NCBI RefSeq assembly: GCF_009914755.1
Contig: NC_060944.1
Source of the DNA: the human T2T-CHM13v2.0 reference genome, Homo sapiens
DNA: 64,000 nt
Reading direction: 5' to 3' (one strand)
Shown: in pieces, positions 1 through 12,596 of the stretch
Layout: each line of letters begins with the position of its first letter
Position numbering within the stretch: the first letter of the stretch is position 1
Position numbers and translations under genes: made by a program
The notes under the pieces: generated by a model
Seen by the model: only the letters and a program-made list of their open reading frames with translations
Database searches by the model: none
Told to the model about the DNA's origin: nothing

Positions 1-257
1 GATTAGTTCTTCTATAATAGTACATGTGGATAATAGCTGAGTCATAACTACTCTATCATTTATTCAGCTTTCACTGGTATTAAGTTCTTAGCTAACTGGT
101 TCATTTAATTTTAACAGCAACCCAGATACAGAGTTCTTTTCATTATCCTCATTTTATTAAAGAGAAAACTAATCCTCAAAGTGATTACATGACCTGCCTA
201 AGGTCAGGCAAATGATAAATCACAGGGGTCAAAATGCAGACCCAAGTCTGTTGCTTT

Positions 258-660
258 TGTCTTGGTTTGCTTCCCCCAGCAGCAGACCTTGAGACACGGA
301 TGTAATCACAAGTCACTTATTCAGAAAGTGATGCCAGGAAGCACCAATAGGTGACCAGGGCACAGGAAGGCAGCCAACATGGTGCATTGTCAAGCAAGTG
401 ACCAGAGTGGACAACAGGACCTCGATTCTACTAGGAAACTCTGGGTGCCAGGATAGATAACTCACTGTTATCCCTACCTGTGGGCTGAGGGAGCTGAAGT
501 ATTTACCCACAAATTCCCATTTGTGACTGATTGAAGGCTGCTCCCTAATCAGGCTATGTTCCCACAGCCAGAAAAAGAGCTCTTAGGCAAAGAATGGCCT
601 GTGTTTGCATGAAGAAGCTGGGCTGAGAGGGTATAGGCAGGATGTGCACAGCACTTGTTA
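258..660. mobile_element. LTR33-like (ERVL) solo LTR relic
   Basis: tgtcttggtttgcttcccccagcagcagaccttgagacacgga...gtgatgccaggaagcacca resembles the LTR33 consensus as recalled; ends approximate. Confidence 0.6.
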
Positions 661-1051
661 ACACTCTTAACCACTAGCTGAGTCCAGCTATTTGCTGCCA
701 GGCCATATGTAGGAGTCAGAAAGCTATGGTCCCTTGTGTAAAACTCAGTCCAGTGTGATGGCTAATGGAGCCCTATCCTGTTAGTAGCCTCAATTTCAAT
801 TCAGAATGCTGAAGTTTGGCCTCTGCATTCTTGCTCGCTGAGTATTAAAAAGATCTCTTTGCATTTTCTACTGTGGGCAGCTTCAGGGACATAGCCAACC
901 CTCAGGCTGCCCTTGTGCTATCCAGCCATTCTCCAGCCATTTCACGGCCTCAGCTACAGAGTCAGCTGCAACCAGGAACCAAAACATTTGTTCTCCATGG
1001 TGTTTCTGGTGCATTTTGAGGAAATGAGCAAATAATGAAGTTATTTTTCCC

Positions 1052-1226
1052 CAATATTTCTCAGGCTTTCATATGCACACGAGGTACTTGGGGGCTCTTG
1101 TTAAAATGCAGACTCTGAGTGAGCAGGTCTGGGTGGGGGCCTGAGATCCTGCATTCTGACAAGCTCCTGGGTGCTGCTGCTGCTACTGCTGCTGCTGCTG
1201 CCATGCAGAACCACACTCAGAGCAGC
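1052..1226. mobile_element. MER5A-type (hAT-Charlie) MITE with an internal (CTG)n stretch at ~1172-1201
   Basis: cttgttaaaatgcagactctgag..aggtctgggtgggggcctgagatcctgcattctgacaagctcc is the MER5A core. Confidence 0.75.
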
Positions 1227-1323
1227 GAGACTGCAGGCAACCTCGGTCCTCAAGTGAGTCACTAAGACTTTCTTAAGCTAGCCTCGGAGAAAAGCTGTTT
1301 CTTCAGCTTAGAGAGTTGTCATG

Positions 1324-1346
1324 AGGTCAGAGGTCCAGGCAGGTCA
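1324..1346 (+). promoter_or_regulatory. Putative composite nuclear-receptor element (DR1 overlapping DR4)
   Basis: AGGTCA-g-AGGTCC-aggc-AGGTCA. Motif match only. Confidence 0.35.
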
Positions 1347-3574
1347 AGAATTTGGAGTAGTTTAAAAGAAAAAGTGGAAAGGAAGAACCAAAATTCTGCC
1401 TACTAAAGACCAAGAGGAGGAAGAAAAAGAAGGCCAGTGTTTGCCAGAAAACTCTGAGCACTACCTAGTCTGCAGAACAAGGGCTCGAGAGGTTGTTTAA
1501 GTAAAAAGTTAAACCCGTAAACATGGCTTAGACTACTTTGCAAGCCATGATCTTTTATATTTCAATGTCCAACTTGGATTTCTAAACTAGGTTGCTTAAT
1601 AAAGCCAGCAATTGCCTCCCTATCTTTTAATGATAATTAAAAGGTATTGAGCCTTCATTGTAATGAGCCATTTACATTCACCAACTCATTTTAGCCTCAT
1701 AACTACAAAATGAATCACCTGCTACTCTTATCTCCTTTTTGACAGATGAAGAAGAAACATCTATAAAGTGGTGAAGTGACTTAGATACACAGAGCTAGTA
1801 AGAGTCAGAGCTGGTAAACTTAGGAAGTCTGACTCCAGAGTCTCCGTTTTTAAGCATGACACGCTACCTCCTTTCCTGGCCTTTTCTACCCTCTGTTTGC
1901 CCCTGGATGGCAGAGTGATGAATGTAATACTTGGTAGCCTCCATCTCCCGTACACCTCTCCCAGGGCCAAGGCAGTTTTGGTTAGGTAGATGCTGCCAGC
2001 ACCCACCTGACTGAGAATCCTAACCACTGGGCTCCTACACTGTTCCCTGAATCATGTCTCACCTTGGTGCATTGAGCCCCCTCATTTAGAGATCCCATCT
2101 CAGTACTTTGTCTCATTCCACAATCTCCTTCCTGAGGATCAGAATCCTATGCATTACATCAAGCCCAGAGCCCAAGCCTATTGGACACCCTGTCCCTGGT
2201 TTCTAGGTTCTGCCTGTCCTTCATCTCATGCCTACAGAGTCAAAAGTTGCTGCAATTACCCCCTCCCCCTGCAGGGTAAACAGGCCCTGTCCCTAGCACC
2301 TGCCTCACCCATAAGCCCAACCCAGGTCACCTGCTCTCAGCTGTCTTTTGCACTCTTCCAAGAAGATCCCTTTGCTTCTTTCAACTGCCTAAGGCTGTGC
2401 GACATCTATCCACATGTTTAAAGAGCCATCCAGAAAACCTGAGCCAAAGTCCTTGCACAATCTGCTTTATAAAACTTAAAGGCACCAGATTTTCAGTCAA
2501 AAATGCCCTCTGTGATCTCATGGAGAACAGACCCCATAAATGTGACTTTCAAAAAATAATTGTTTTGCTTGACAAAATTGGTCATTGTGATTTTGTTTCC
2601 GCCGAAAGGCTAAAAAAGGGGGACAGTCCTCCCCACCACCATCTTAAAAGTAAGAATAATTTCTTTGTCATCATTCATAGCTATTTAAATACCCGCTACT
2701 TACTATTTCACATTTGGGCTGAATCTTGAAGGATGAAACTGCATGTCCAAAGGAATAAGAGGAGTGGATATAGAGATGGGGGGTAAGGGACTAGGAACAG
2801 TAAAAAGTGACATTCATTCATCATCCATCCATCTTTTCATTTACAAAATATGAGTGCCGCTGATAGGCAGACACAAAAATATTTTTGCTGAGCAACCCAG
2901 AGAGTAGGGAACCAAAGGGTGTCTCTAAATGCAGATGAAAGTAGTTTTTGTGGGGTCATGGATGACAAAGAATAAACCACCAACCACACCAGGAGCATAT
3001 GGAAAGTGGAGGCTGAGTTTCAGCCCCAATCTCGCATTCCTGGATCCATAGGAGAGGGAGCAGGGGCACTGAGAAATGGGCAGTGAGTGAAGATCTCACA
3101 GTAGATCTAGGCCTTTGGAAAACCCACAGCTGCACAAGAGAAGAGAAAGGAGGAAGCCCTGATGTATGCAACAGTGTTGCCATTTGACAGTGAAATAAGA
3201 GGAAAGCTAAATGTCTGGGTTTTTTCTTCCGGAAGACACACTATGAACTATGCCCTACCTTCTTGGAAGATTCTGGGTCCCTTGCTGCCTTGTGCTTTCT
3301 TTTCACAAAACTGCATCTTCAGCTTTTCCAGATCCAGGAGGCTTGCTATTATTAGGGTTTTGAATGTAAGAACAGGCACAGGCTCAGGCTGGCTAAGAGC
3401 ATTTGTCACCTAAGCCTGATTGTAGCTTTGGACACATAGTTGGATTATTCCAAGTATTTAGTAATTCAGTAATCCAGTTAACTATGCTGGCAAAAGGCTA
3501 GGACTGTTTTGCACTAGGCACCAGAACATGGTCTCCACATTTTCATTTCTTATAGCTAGATATTTATAACCATC

Positions 3575-3934
3575 TGATAGGGTTTGGCTGTGTCCCCACC
3601 CAAATCTCATCTTGAATTGTAGCTCCCATAATTCCCATGTGTTGTGGGAGGGACCCAGTGGGAGATAATTGAATTATGGGGGCGGTTCCCCCTATACTGT
3701 TCTCGTGGTAGTGAATAAGTCTCACGAGATCTAATGGTGTTATAAAGGTTTTCCCCTTTCACTTGGCTCCCACTCTCTCGTCTGCCATCACGTAAGATGT
3801 GCCTTTCCCCTTCCGCCATGATTGTGAGGCTTCCCCAGCCACGTGGAGCTGTAAGTCCATTAAACCTCATTTTCTTTATAAATTACCCAGTCTCAGGTAT
3901 GTCTTTATCAGTAGCGTGAAAATGGACTAATACA
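3575..3934 (+). mobile_element. THE1 (MaLR) solo LTR
   Basis: Begins tgatagggtttggctgtgtccccacccaaatctcatcttgaattgtagctccc and ends ggactaataca (TG...CA). Near-matching 5-bp TSD ccatc/ccacc. Confidence 0.93.
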
Positions 3935-5381
3935 CCACCAAACCAGCTCAATCCTTTTAGTCCTCTACAAACCAAAAGAAACCTCCTTAGTGAGTCAAAT
4001 TTTGTGCTGAGTAACACCAAGGCATTATTAATGCTCAAATAGTGGTCATTTTAAGTCCGTGGTGTGTCATTGTGACTCAAGAACCACACTGTACCATAGC
4101 ACCGTGTGTGTGTGCCTAGATGGTGTCAAAATTATACTTTTATTTTAATTTCCGTATCTCAGAATTTTCTTATTAAATCAACAAGAACAGGTTTGTTTGG
4201 AGGGCTTTTGTTTGGGGAACTTTTTTTAACAAAACTTCTGGCATTGTTTTTTTCATCTGCAAAAAACAAAAACCTAACAGTCCTTCCCTACTTCTCAGAG
4301 GTGTCATGGGGATTAACATAATGCAAGTGTAAGTGCCTTAATAAGCATCATTATTTTAAAAAAAATCCCTTGCAGATGTAAGCATGCAGCTTGCTGAAAC
4401 GGTAGAATCCCATAAGGCCTACAGAACATAAATCACAATCCCTTAAATCTGCGGGTTTGTAACCCACGCACTGTAGCCTTGTAGAACGACAGAGAACCAG
4501 AGAGGAACATGCCAGGAGCTAAGGTGGGGCCAGAATCCAGGCCGAGCGCAGTCTTCCCTTTTCCTGTGTAGCTTCTGTGATTCTAAGAGGTCGGAGAGTT
4601 CATCCCCTGCAGGAGGAAAAAAAAAATGGCTAATTGATTTTCCTTCTGCTCAAGAATCCTGGTGTGTTGACCCTGGGGGGCTGTGAACTCCACCAAAAGC
4701 CACTCCCATGGCAATCTCCATTCAAGTCAAACACAACGAAGTCCCTGACTTGGAAAAGACTGGGATTCCTCTTGCTTCCCTCCGCAAAATGTATAAAACA
4801 CAGCGCGGCCACCGAAAGTCTTGTTTTCATGTCTTGCGTGTTATTTTTAAAAATGGAGAAAAGCTTCTCTTTAGGACTCGTGGTGTTCATTTTAAAATTC
4901 TGGATTAATCCATCGTGTTTATGTGACCTTTTTGGTGCAAAAACAACACAGTGGCCTCTGAATTTACATATTTTTTCCAAATCTTAGAATATTCATTTTA
5001 AAATGACTACTAATTTAGTTCACTTGGGTTTAGTTTTTATTCCAGTGTCGTCGGAGCCACATTTACCATCTATCATTTCTGCACAAAAACTTATAAATTC
5101 CAAGTCCCAAAGGGAAAACATTCTTAACAGGAATGCTTTTATTCACCATCTCTTTATTCCATTCAGAGGATTTGGTTATAGAAGATGAATAATAGTATAA
5201 AATATTATAGACATAATAAATAAAAGATTATAGGAAAGGAAGACTGGTTCTCCAAGTCGCAAGGTTTTCTTCAATATTTTAGGAACTCTGCCTAAAGCAA
5301 AAGTGAAAAGAAGATACCCAAATAGGTGAAAGTTTATTAACTGAAAATTTCAAAACAAGAAAGCCGCTTTTTGTTTCCTTG

Positions 5382-5396
5382 GCTGCCATCTAGTGG
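5382..5396 (-). promoter_or_regulatory. CTCF core motif (reverse orientation)
   Basis: Reverse complement reads CCACTAGATGGCAGC, a strong match to the CTCF core CCAsyAGrkGGCrs. Confidence 0.65.
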
Positions 5397-5966
5397 TTAA
5401 TAATGTACGCTAAAACACGCTCTTGGGAACGTTCAAAAAATATCTATCTGCTCGTTTTAAAACAAAACAAAAGATACCATCAATTTTTGAAAATATATTG
5501 CAGGTAGGAGATATTTATCTTTTCTAATAATTCTTATTTCTATCCACAAGTGGCATTTCCTTGCCTGTCTCCTAGTCTACGTTCTTTCTCCAGGAAAAGA
5601 ACATTGATGCAATTATTAGGTAATGATTGAGCCTAGTACTGTGTACTAAGACTAGGGCGAGAAGGATGAGGACGAGGTCCCTGACTTCATGGAAGAGAGA
5701 CATGAAAGCAAAAAACGAACATCGCGATGAGTGCTTAAAAAATAATAGACAAGTCGGGAGGGACACCAAGGAGGAAGCCCTTAACTCTGTTCTGTATTAT
5801 TGACGAGAAGAGTTTGGGTTAAGACTTCAGTGATGAGTGAGCATTCTCCAGACAGACAAGAGGAAAAAAAGCATGGAGGAGAATCAGGAGGCTGTGTGTT
5901 GGGGGATGTTGACAAACTATGTCAGAAAGACAGGCAGAGGCTATATCAGGAAGGGCCATTCGAGAT

Positions 5967-6366
5967 TGTATTAGGCAACTATTACTGGAACAAACCTCAG
6001 TTGCCAATAATAATCAGCAAGTATTTCTCACTGGAGGCTGCAGGTGAGCTGGGGTAACCGTGCCCTACGTGCCATTAATCCTCTCCCAGGGCCAACCTGA
6101 GACCAGGGGGCTAGCCTGGGCATTTTCTTTTCCTGTCACTAGCAGAAGCACAAGAGAAAGAGTAGAAATGCATAAGACCTCTTCAGATCTAGGTTTGGAA
6201 CTAGCAAACTGTCTCTTCTCTGTATTCCGTTAGCCAAAGCAAGTCACTTGGCTGAACCCAAGCCAAGGGGCAGGGAAACGTTCTCCACTGGTGAGAGGAA
6301 AGGACTGCAAAGTCACAGAAGAAGGAACTCAAATGAGGTGGAAAATGGGCCAGTAATGTAGTCTGC
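5967..6366 (-). mobile_element. MLT1-type (MaLR) LTR relic
   Basis: tattccgttagccaaagcaagtcacttggctgaacccaagccaaggggcaggg..ctgcaaagtcaca is a typical MLT1 segment. Confidence 0.6.
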
Positions 6367-6469
6367 AGCAAGTTCCATCTTGGAAATGGGTTTGAGGTTC
6401 CCATATTTGTCTAAAAAATGGTAAGAAAAACATTATGTCGATCAAAGTAGAGGTCTCGCTTTGCGTTAT

Positions 6470-6622
6470 GGGTTCCAGACCCCAGGGATACTGAGCATAC
6501 AAACGTCTGGGCCCTGACCCACACCAACTGATTCAAAATCTCTGAGTAGAAATTTCGAGAATCTGCGTTTTAACTGGTTACCCAGATGATTATTTCTATT
6601 CATCCTGAAGGTTGAGAACCAC
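6470..6622. mobile_element. MER5-type DNA transposon relic
   Basis: ctgggccctgacccacaccaactgattcaaaatctctg..tctgcgttttaac..ttgagaaccactg. Confidence 0.6.
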
Positions 6623-7822
6623 TGGAAGATTAATGAGAAAATAGAAAAAAAAGTCAAGGAGAAAACATAAAAGGAAAATGGGTTAAAAGAGGAAATAGTG
6701 CTCACAAAGAATACTAGAAATAGTGGGAAAAGGAATAAGAAAAACTAATGAAAAATGGTGTCCAGATGGCAGAGGGAAGAAGCTTAAAAGATAAGTGTGT
6801 GTTGAATTGTGTCAAATGCTGCCCACGGTCAAGTAGAACAAGAACTGAAGAAAGCTCTGTAAATTTGTCAATTAGGTAATATTATGTGAAAAGAACACAA
6901 TAGTGATGCCAGGATATCAGGAGGCCTGTTTTGCAGATAAAAAGAGAAAAAAACAAAGAAAAGGAAAGTGGCATGAAATAAAACAAAGATCCACCATTCT
7001 TCCAATTCTTCTTTCACGGGTCCTTACGATCTTGGTGAAATTGATTAATTCCACATTTAAACTGACAAAGCACCTAAAGAGTTAGTTTCTGGCTAGTGAT
7101 TAAAGAAAGGAAAGGAAAATGACCTTTTTTTTTTTTTTGTATCTGTTGGTTCTGATAACATGCCAGATATTATTGGTAGCATACAGGTAGCATACTATAT
7201 CTAATACCTAAGGCTTTATATATTTGAATAAAGAATTATTCCCTTAATTCTTCATTATTTCATTATATATTTCCTTTATTTTTTCATTATTTATGTGATG
7301 TTTTCTTAAGGACGTTAAAGGAAGTCAAATAGTGTATTAACACTACTGTTTGGATTTCCAAGAGATCTTGCTAGTATGCAGCATCTTATTCATGTCACAT
7401 GCTTTTTCTGAATTTCAGGACCCGATACCCAGTCTCTAGTGGGTGGATGCTGAGGACAGCTTGGAAGGTGCCATGCTAACAGGGGCCTCTCAGAGATGAG
7501 GTTCTGATATTGCACTATCAAATTCTGACTTGTCCTATCCCACTCCAAGTCATAGGAAGTCACCTTTATTTAAATGTGGTTTGCTTAAATGTACTTGATA
7601 ATTAAAAAGAAACACACACACACAAATATATTCACAACTCTATTTCAAAGAACTATCTTGTGGCCTCATTGAATGTGGCAGAGTTGCAGTGTGGAAAAGT
7701 TAATGCAGCCACTAATGCATTCACTCAGCTTTGGGGGAAGCCCTAAAACAGATCTGAGCACAGACTGGAGACTCAAAGACAAAGTTGAAGGGCTCTCCAT
7801 TGAGACCAAGAACTGCAGCTAA

Positions 7823-8203
<381 letters not shown>

Positions 8204-8669
8204 TAATGCCTGGTGAACATTGCATAACAGTCAAGCCAGCAGTTAAGTAGCATCTCCATCTTTTAAAATTAAGATTGGATTCTGGACCTAAGTATTTCAG
8301 TTTCATCTTCTCAAAAAAGGGAAAGCTTAGGAAATGCAAAAAATACACAGTACAAATATAATCAGTCTAAAAAATATGCCCATAAACCTCGGCCATTTTT
8401 TTCTTGCTAGGCTTAAATGTTAAAAACAAAATAATACACACACATGTACATATATACCAAACAGCTAGGTTGGTAGGCAAGTTCTTCTAAATGACCTCTC
8501 AACCCAAGCCCAGTCATCAACCTCTGATAGCAGATAAATGAATTGTCACTATTGATTATATTTGACATTAGAAGTTAACAAGATTATTCTGCCAGACATT
8601 CATCCTCCCTTGTTCTACATCACCATTTCATTTGAGAAGAAGGGACAATGGCTTTCACATAAGGCAGCA

Positions 8670-8920
8670 AAGGGTAGTGTTACAAATGTGGATTACAGTA
8701 CAGACTACATGGGTTCAAATCCTGATTCTGTTGCTTATGATAGACCTCAGGCAGTTTACTCAACTCCTCTGTGTCTCAGTTTCCTGAACCACAGAATGGA
8801 AATGCTACTAGTACTTCCTCCAGATGGTTCTTATGAGGATTAAATGAGGTATGACAAAAACTGAGCTTAGAAGGGTGCCTGGCACACAGATAGGGCTCAA
8901 TAACTGTGAGCTATTATTGT
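8670..8920 (+). mobile_element. MIR SINE (representative; other MIRs at ~50-250, 1650-1860, 13290-13400, 21870-22070, 22710-22945, 27320-27545, 30680-30850, 43720-43900, 51430-51680, 55780-56140)
   Basis: gggttcaaatcctgattctg..ctctgtgtctcagtttcct..gaggattaaatgag..gtgcctggcaca is the MIR core. Confidence 0.8.
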
Positions 8921-9460
8921 GTTCAGAGATCCCCAAATATTTTGAAAAAGAGGCTTAATTGTCCCACTGCTTTAAAGTTTTGAAACTTCTAAGACTGGGG
9001 GATGTCAGAAATCAAGGCTCAAAGTGTAGGAAGTGAGATCCGTGCAAACTCAGCTAAACTCTAACATGCTCATGTCTACACGATTGATGAGTGGTATTAA
9101 TTATGTCTCTCAGAGTTCATTTCAGCCTGCAACAAAGCTTAGACCTAAGAGATGCATTTAACGTAGAATTTCAATCTCTCTAAGGCAGGCGGGGAGAGCC
9201 TTTAAGAGCCTAGGAAACCATGCCCCACTGGTGAGAGTTTACTCTGCCTACTTGTACAAATCCAACTATTTGTCTTGTCAGAGTTAAGTTCTACTGAAAA
9301 ATAGACCTCTGTCTCTCTCTCCCTAAGGGTTCTCTGATTCTGAATTTGTTCTCTGAAAGTTTAGGTCTGAGTGTGAACATAAAACATCTGGAAAAAGAAA
9401 GTGGAAAAGGAAAAGTAAACCCTTTCATGACTCAATTTTTTTTTTTCGTATTATTTAAAG

Positions 9461-9566
9461 ACACACAAAGCCTAGAGAAGCTCCTGAGAGATGCTGTCAT
9501 CTATGGCCAGCCTCGAACCCGCAGAGCTTGGAAAAAGATTCTCATCCTGGTGGAGGGTGTCTACAG
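9461..9566 (+). CDS. SPTLC3: SPTLC3 internal coding exon (exon 7, 106 nt; phase 1 to 2)
   Basis: Encodes (N)[34 protein letters not shown](S), matching SPTLC2/LCB2-family SPT subunit SPTLC3. Poly-T tract plus ttatttaaAG acceptor; donor AG|GTATGT. Confidence 0.97.
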
Positions 9567-10674
9567 GTATGTAAATAACAGGACACATTTTACGACTCGG
9601 AGGCCTGCAGCAAGCTGACCAGTGCGGAAAGGCTCACCTTTCCTAGCTAAACAGAGAAATGACTTAGAATTGGTTATATGACACAGGGACCTGAGACAGA
9701 GCCACCAATGGGAGCTGTCAGACGTGGGTTATCTGTCTTTTTGATGACTCTATATATGGCACAGCAGCTTGGAGGCTGGCCGGCTTGTGAAGGCTTCCTC
9801 AGAAATATCCTCTCAAGGCATTGCTAACTTGAGTTGATCTTTCCACTACCTTTGACTGCCCCAGAGTTTCAAAGGCGTTTCGCAGCTGGGTTATTCAAGA
9901 TCAAAACACTCCTTGCCTTTATGACTGGTAGAAATTGTTGATGGGTGGCCCAGATGCCCCTACCTGGACAGCACGCCCAACCCCCAGCTGCTTGCTGAAC
10001 TTTGTTAGTGATTGCCATCAATACAAAAGATCTGCCTGTTTTCCCCAAGGTAGGAGTAACCTGGGGTGCAATTCTTGTTCCAGAGCCAGCGGGTAGGAAT
10101 GGGCTGATGTCTAGTCCATAAGCCAAGGAGACATTATTTCAGAGTGCCCAATCCTGAATCAATTCTCAAACAATCCTGACGTTAGGCAAATTGAGGGGGA
10201 TATCCCCTATAATGATAGAAAAGTGAAAAATATTAAAAGGAAGGAAGTGAAGGCTGTTCAACTTTAAGACAAGGAGGAGTGTGGCTACAAAGGAGACTTG
10301 AGGATAGACATAGGATTTCTTTCAGCCCGCTAATCTCATTAGTCCCTGAGTGCACATTTTTTCTGCTACATGAGTGGATAATGAGCAGCAGCAGAAGTGT
10401 GCCTTTATTCCTTTTAAGAAAAAAAAAGTGAATTCTCCCAACTCTAAAATAATAATAATAAGAAGCTTGGTTTCATTTTATTTTTAACATTTTTAACTCC
10501 AGTACTTCTGCCCCCATGGTTAGGGTTCTGGATGTTCCCAGTCCTACTGTGGGAAATGCAAAGTTTGCATTTCCAGTTTCTACCAGCTCACTTTCTGCAT
10601 CACCTACCATTACCTCCTCCAGCCAGCCCAGAGAGTATGTACTGTTGATGAAGTCTTTGGGAGCACTCTAGACA

Positions 10675-10881
10675 TAGTAGTTCTCCAGGGTGAGCTTGTC
10701 CTTGCCCCAGCCTAGGCACATTTGGCGATTTTCAGTCATTATAACTGCAGTAGTGTGTGACTGGCATATGGTGGACAGAGGCCAGGGATGCTGCCAAGCA
10801 TCCTACGATGCATGGGACAGCCCCTACAACACAGAGTTATCTAGCTCAAAATGTCGATAGTGCTAAGGCTGAGAAAACCTG
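10675..10881. mobile_element. MER20 (hAT-Charlie) element
   Basis: ctggcatatggtggacagaggccagggatgctgccaagcatcctacgatgcatgggacagcccc..aaaatgtcgatagtgctaaggctgagaaaacctg. Confidence 0.85.
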
Positions 10882-11399
10882 TTCTGGTATAACTGACAAC
10901 TCGTAGGCCTTAACTTGCAATTTTAAGAAATAATCTCATATTGACTCTGGGCTGTCATAACCTCAAGCATGGATCTTTTTCCCTGTGTGATTTGTGCCTG
11001 CTGCCAGCCTGGGAGGGGAGCAAATAGCCCTTATCTAAACACCTGTCATTCAGGCCTAGATTCGTGGGAACACAGATCAGCTGAGAGAGAGCAGACTGGG
11101 CATCTCCTTTAAGCAGAGTAAACAAAACCCAACTGCAAATAAATAGAACTTGGCTCCAGTAAATGAAAGTTAGGTCTTAACCACTTTGATCATGGCTGAA
11201 ATTAAGTAGACAACTGGCATTTTACTGGCAAATATTCCCATCAGCTACACAGAGAAACAACTCCAGCAGCAGGGCTTCTTAGTGGCCATGCCAGGCGCCT
11301 GCATCCCACCACTTCAGAAGGACAAGGGACCCAGGTGTGGACTTCCAGCTCCAAGCCAGAGTGGTACCAAACCACAATTTTGGTTGCACTAGCAATAGT

Positions 11400-11938
11400 G
11401 ACTGCTCAGTTACCTATTGCCATGTAACAAACCACCCAAAGCATAATGGCTTACACAGCAATGATTTATTATTTCCCACGCTACCGTGGGTTGTGTGGAC
11501 CAACTGGGCAGTTCTTCTACTCCACATGGCATTGGTTGGAGGCCTCTCATGGAGGCCACTTCATTCAGCTGACACTTTGTCTGGGGCTGGAACATCCAAA
11601 ATTACCCCACTTGCACATCTGGCCCTCGGTACTGGCTCTCACCTGGAGTGCCATGCTCTCTTCCACACAGCTTTCTCTATAGATAGTCTCTTCTCATTCT
11701 GTAGTCTAGCCAGAACTCCCTTACAACGTGGTGCTGGCTTCCAACAGAGCAAAAGCAAAGGCTGCCGGCACTGAGACATTATCACTTCTGCCCTGACCCA
11801 TTGGCTCAAGTACATCATGAGGCCAGCCCCGATTCAAAAGAAGGTGAAATAGACCCTACCCCCTGATGGAGGATCCACTTGTATGTATAAGGATGGGAAG
11901 CTTTGCAGGCAGCCATCTTTGGAAGCCATCCACCACAG
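11400..11938 (-). mobile_element. MLT1-type (MaLR) LTR
   Basis: Starts with the antisense MLT1 signature tattgccatgtaacaaaccacccaaagcataatggctta and ends gcagccatctttggaagccatccaccaca. Confidence 0.75.
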
Positions 11939-12249
11939 TGGCTCAATCAACCTGGTGATGACACAGAGTGAAGTCCCCACTTTCCAAGAATTTTCCTTCA
12001 CAAGAAAGTTCCTTTCATTTCACCCACACAGGAATGTTGACTTTAAATGAGACCAAGACCTAAAAGGCCACATTCACAGATAGGTAACAGGGCATCTCTT
12101 TGACAAGCCTCAATCGCTCTTGGGGGCTTCAATTTCCTCATCTGTAAAATAAAGATAGCCTAGAGTTGAGTTCTACAGCCTTAAACCTCAAAGGAAAAGC
12201 CTTTATACAGGTGTTCTAATTTGCAACTATCACCAGATATTTCCCATAA

Positions 12250-12596
<347 letters not shown>

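Noticed and set aside
1172-1201. (CTG)n run as a potential expansion locus
   Set aside because: Short, interrupted (cta) and embedded in a MER5A.
4630-4987. Overlapping 116-117-aa ORFs on both strands, with a few CpGs
   Set aside because: No recognisable protein motif, no poly(A)/TSD of a retrocopy and no supported splice structure. It may be regulatory, but I cannot support that.
7115-7131. gaaaatgaccttttttt matching the L1 TSD at 63238/63468
   Set aside because: Low-complexity match 56 kb away; chance is a sufficient explanation.
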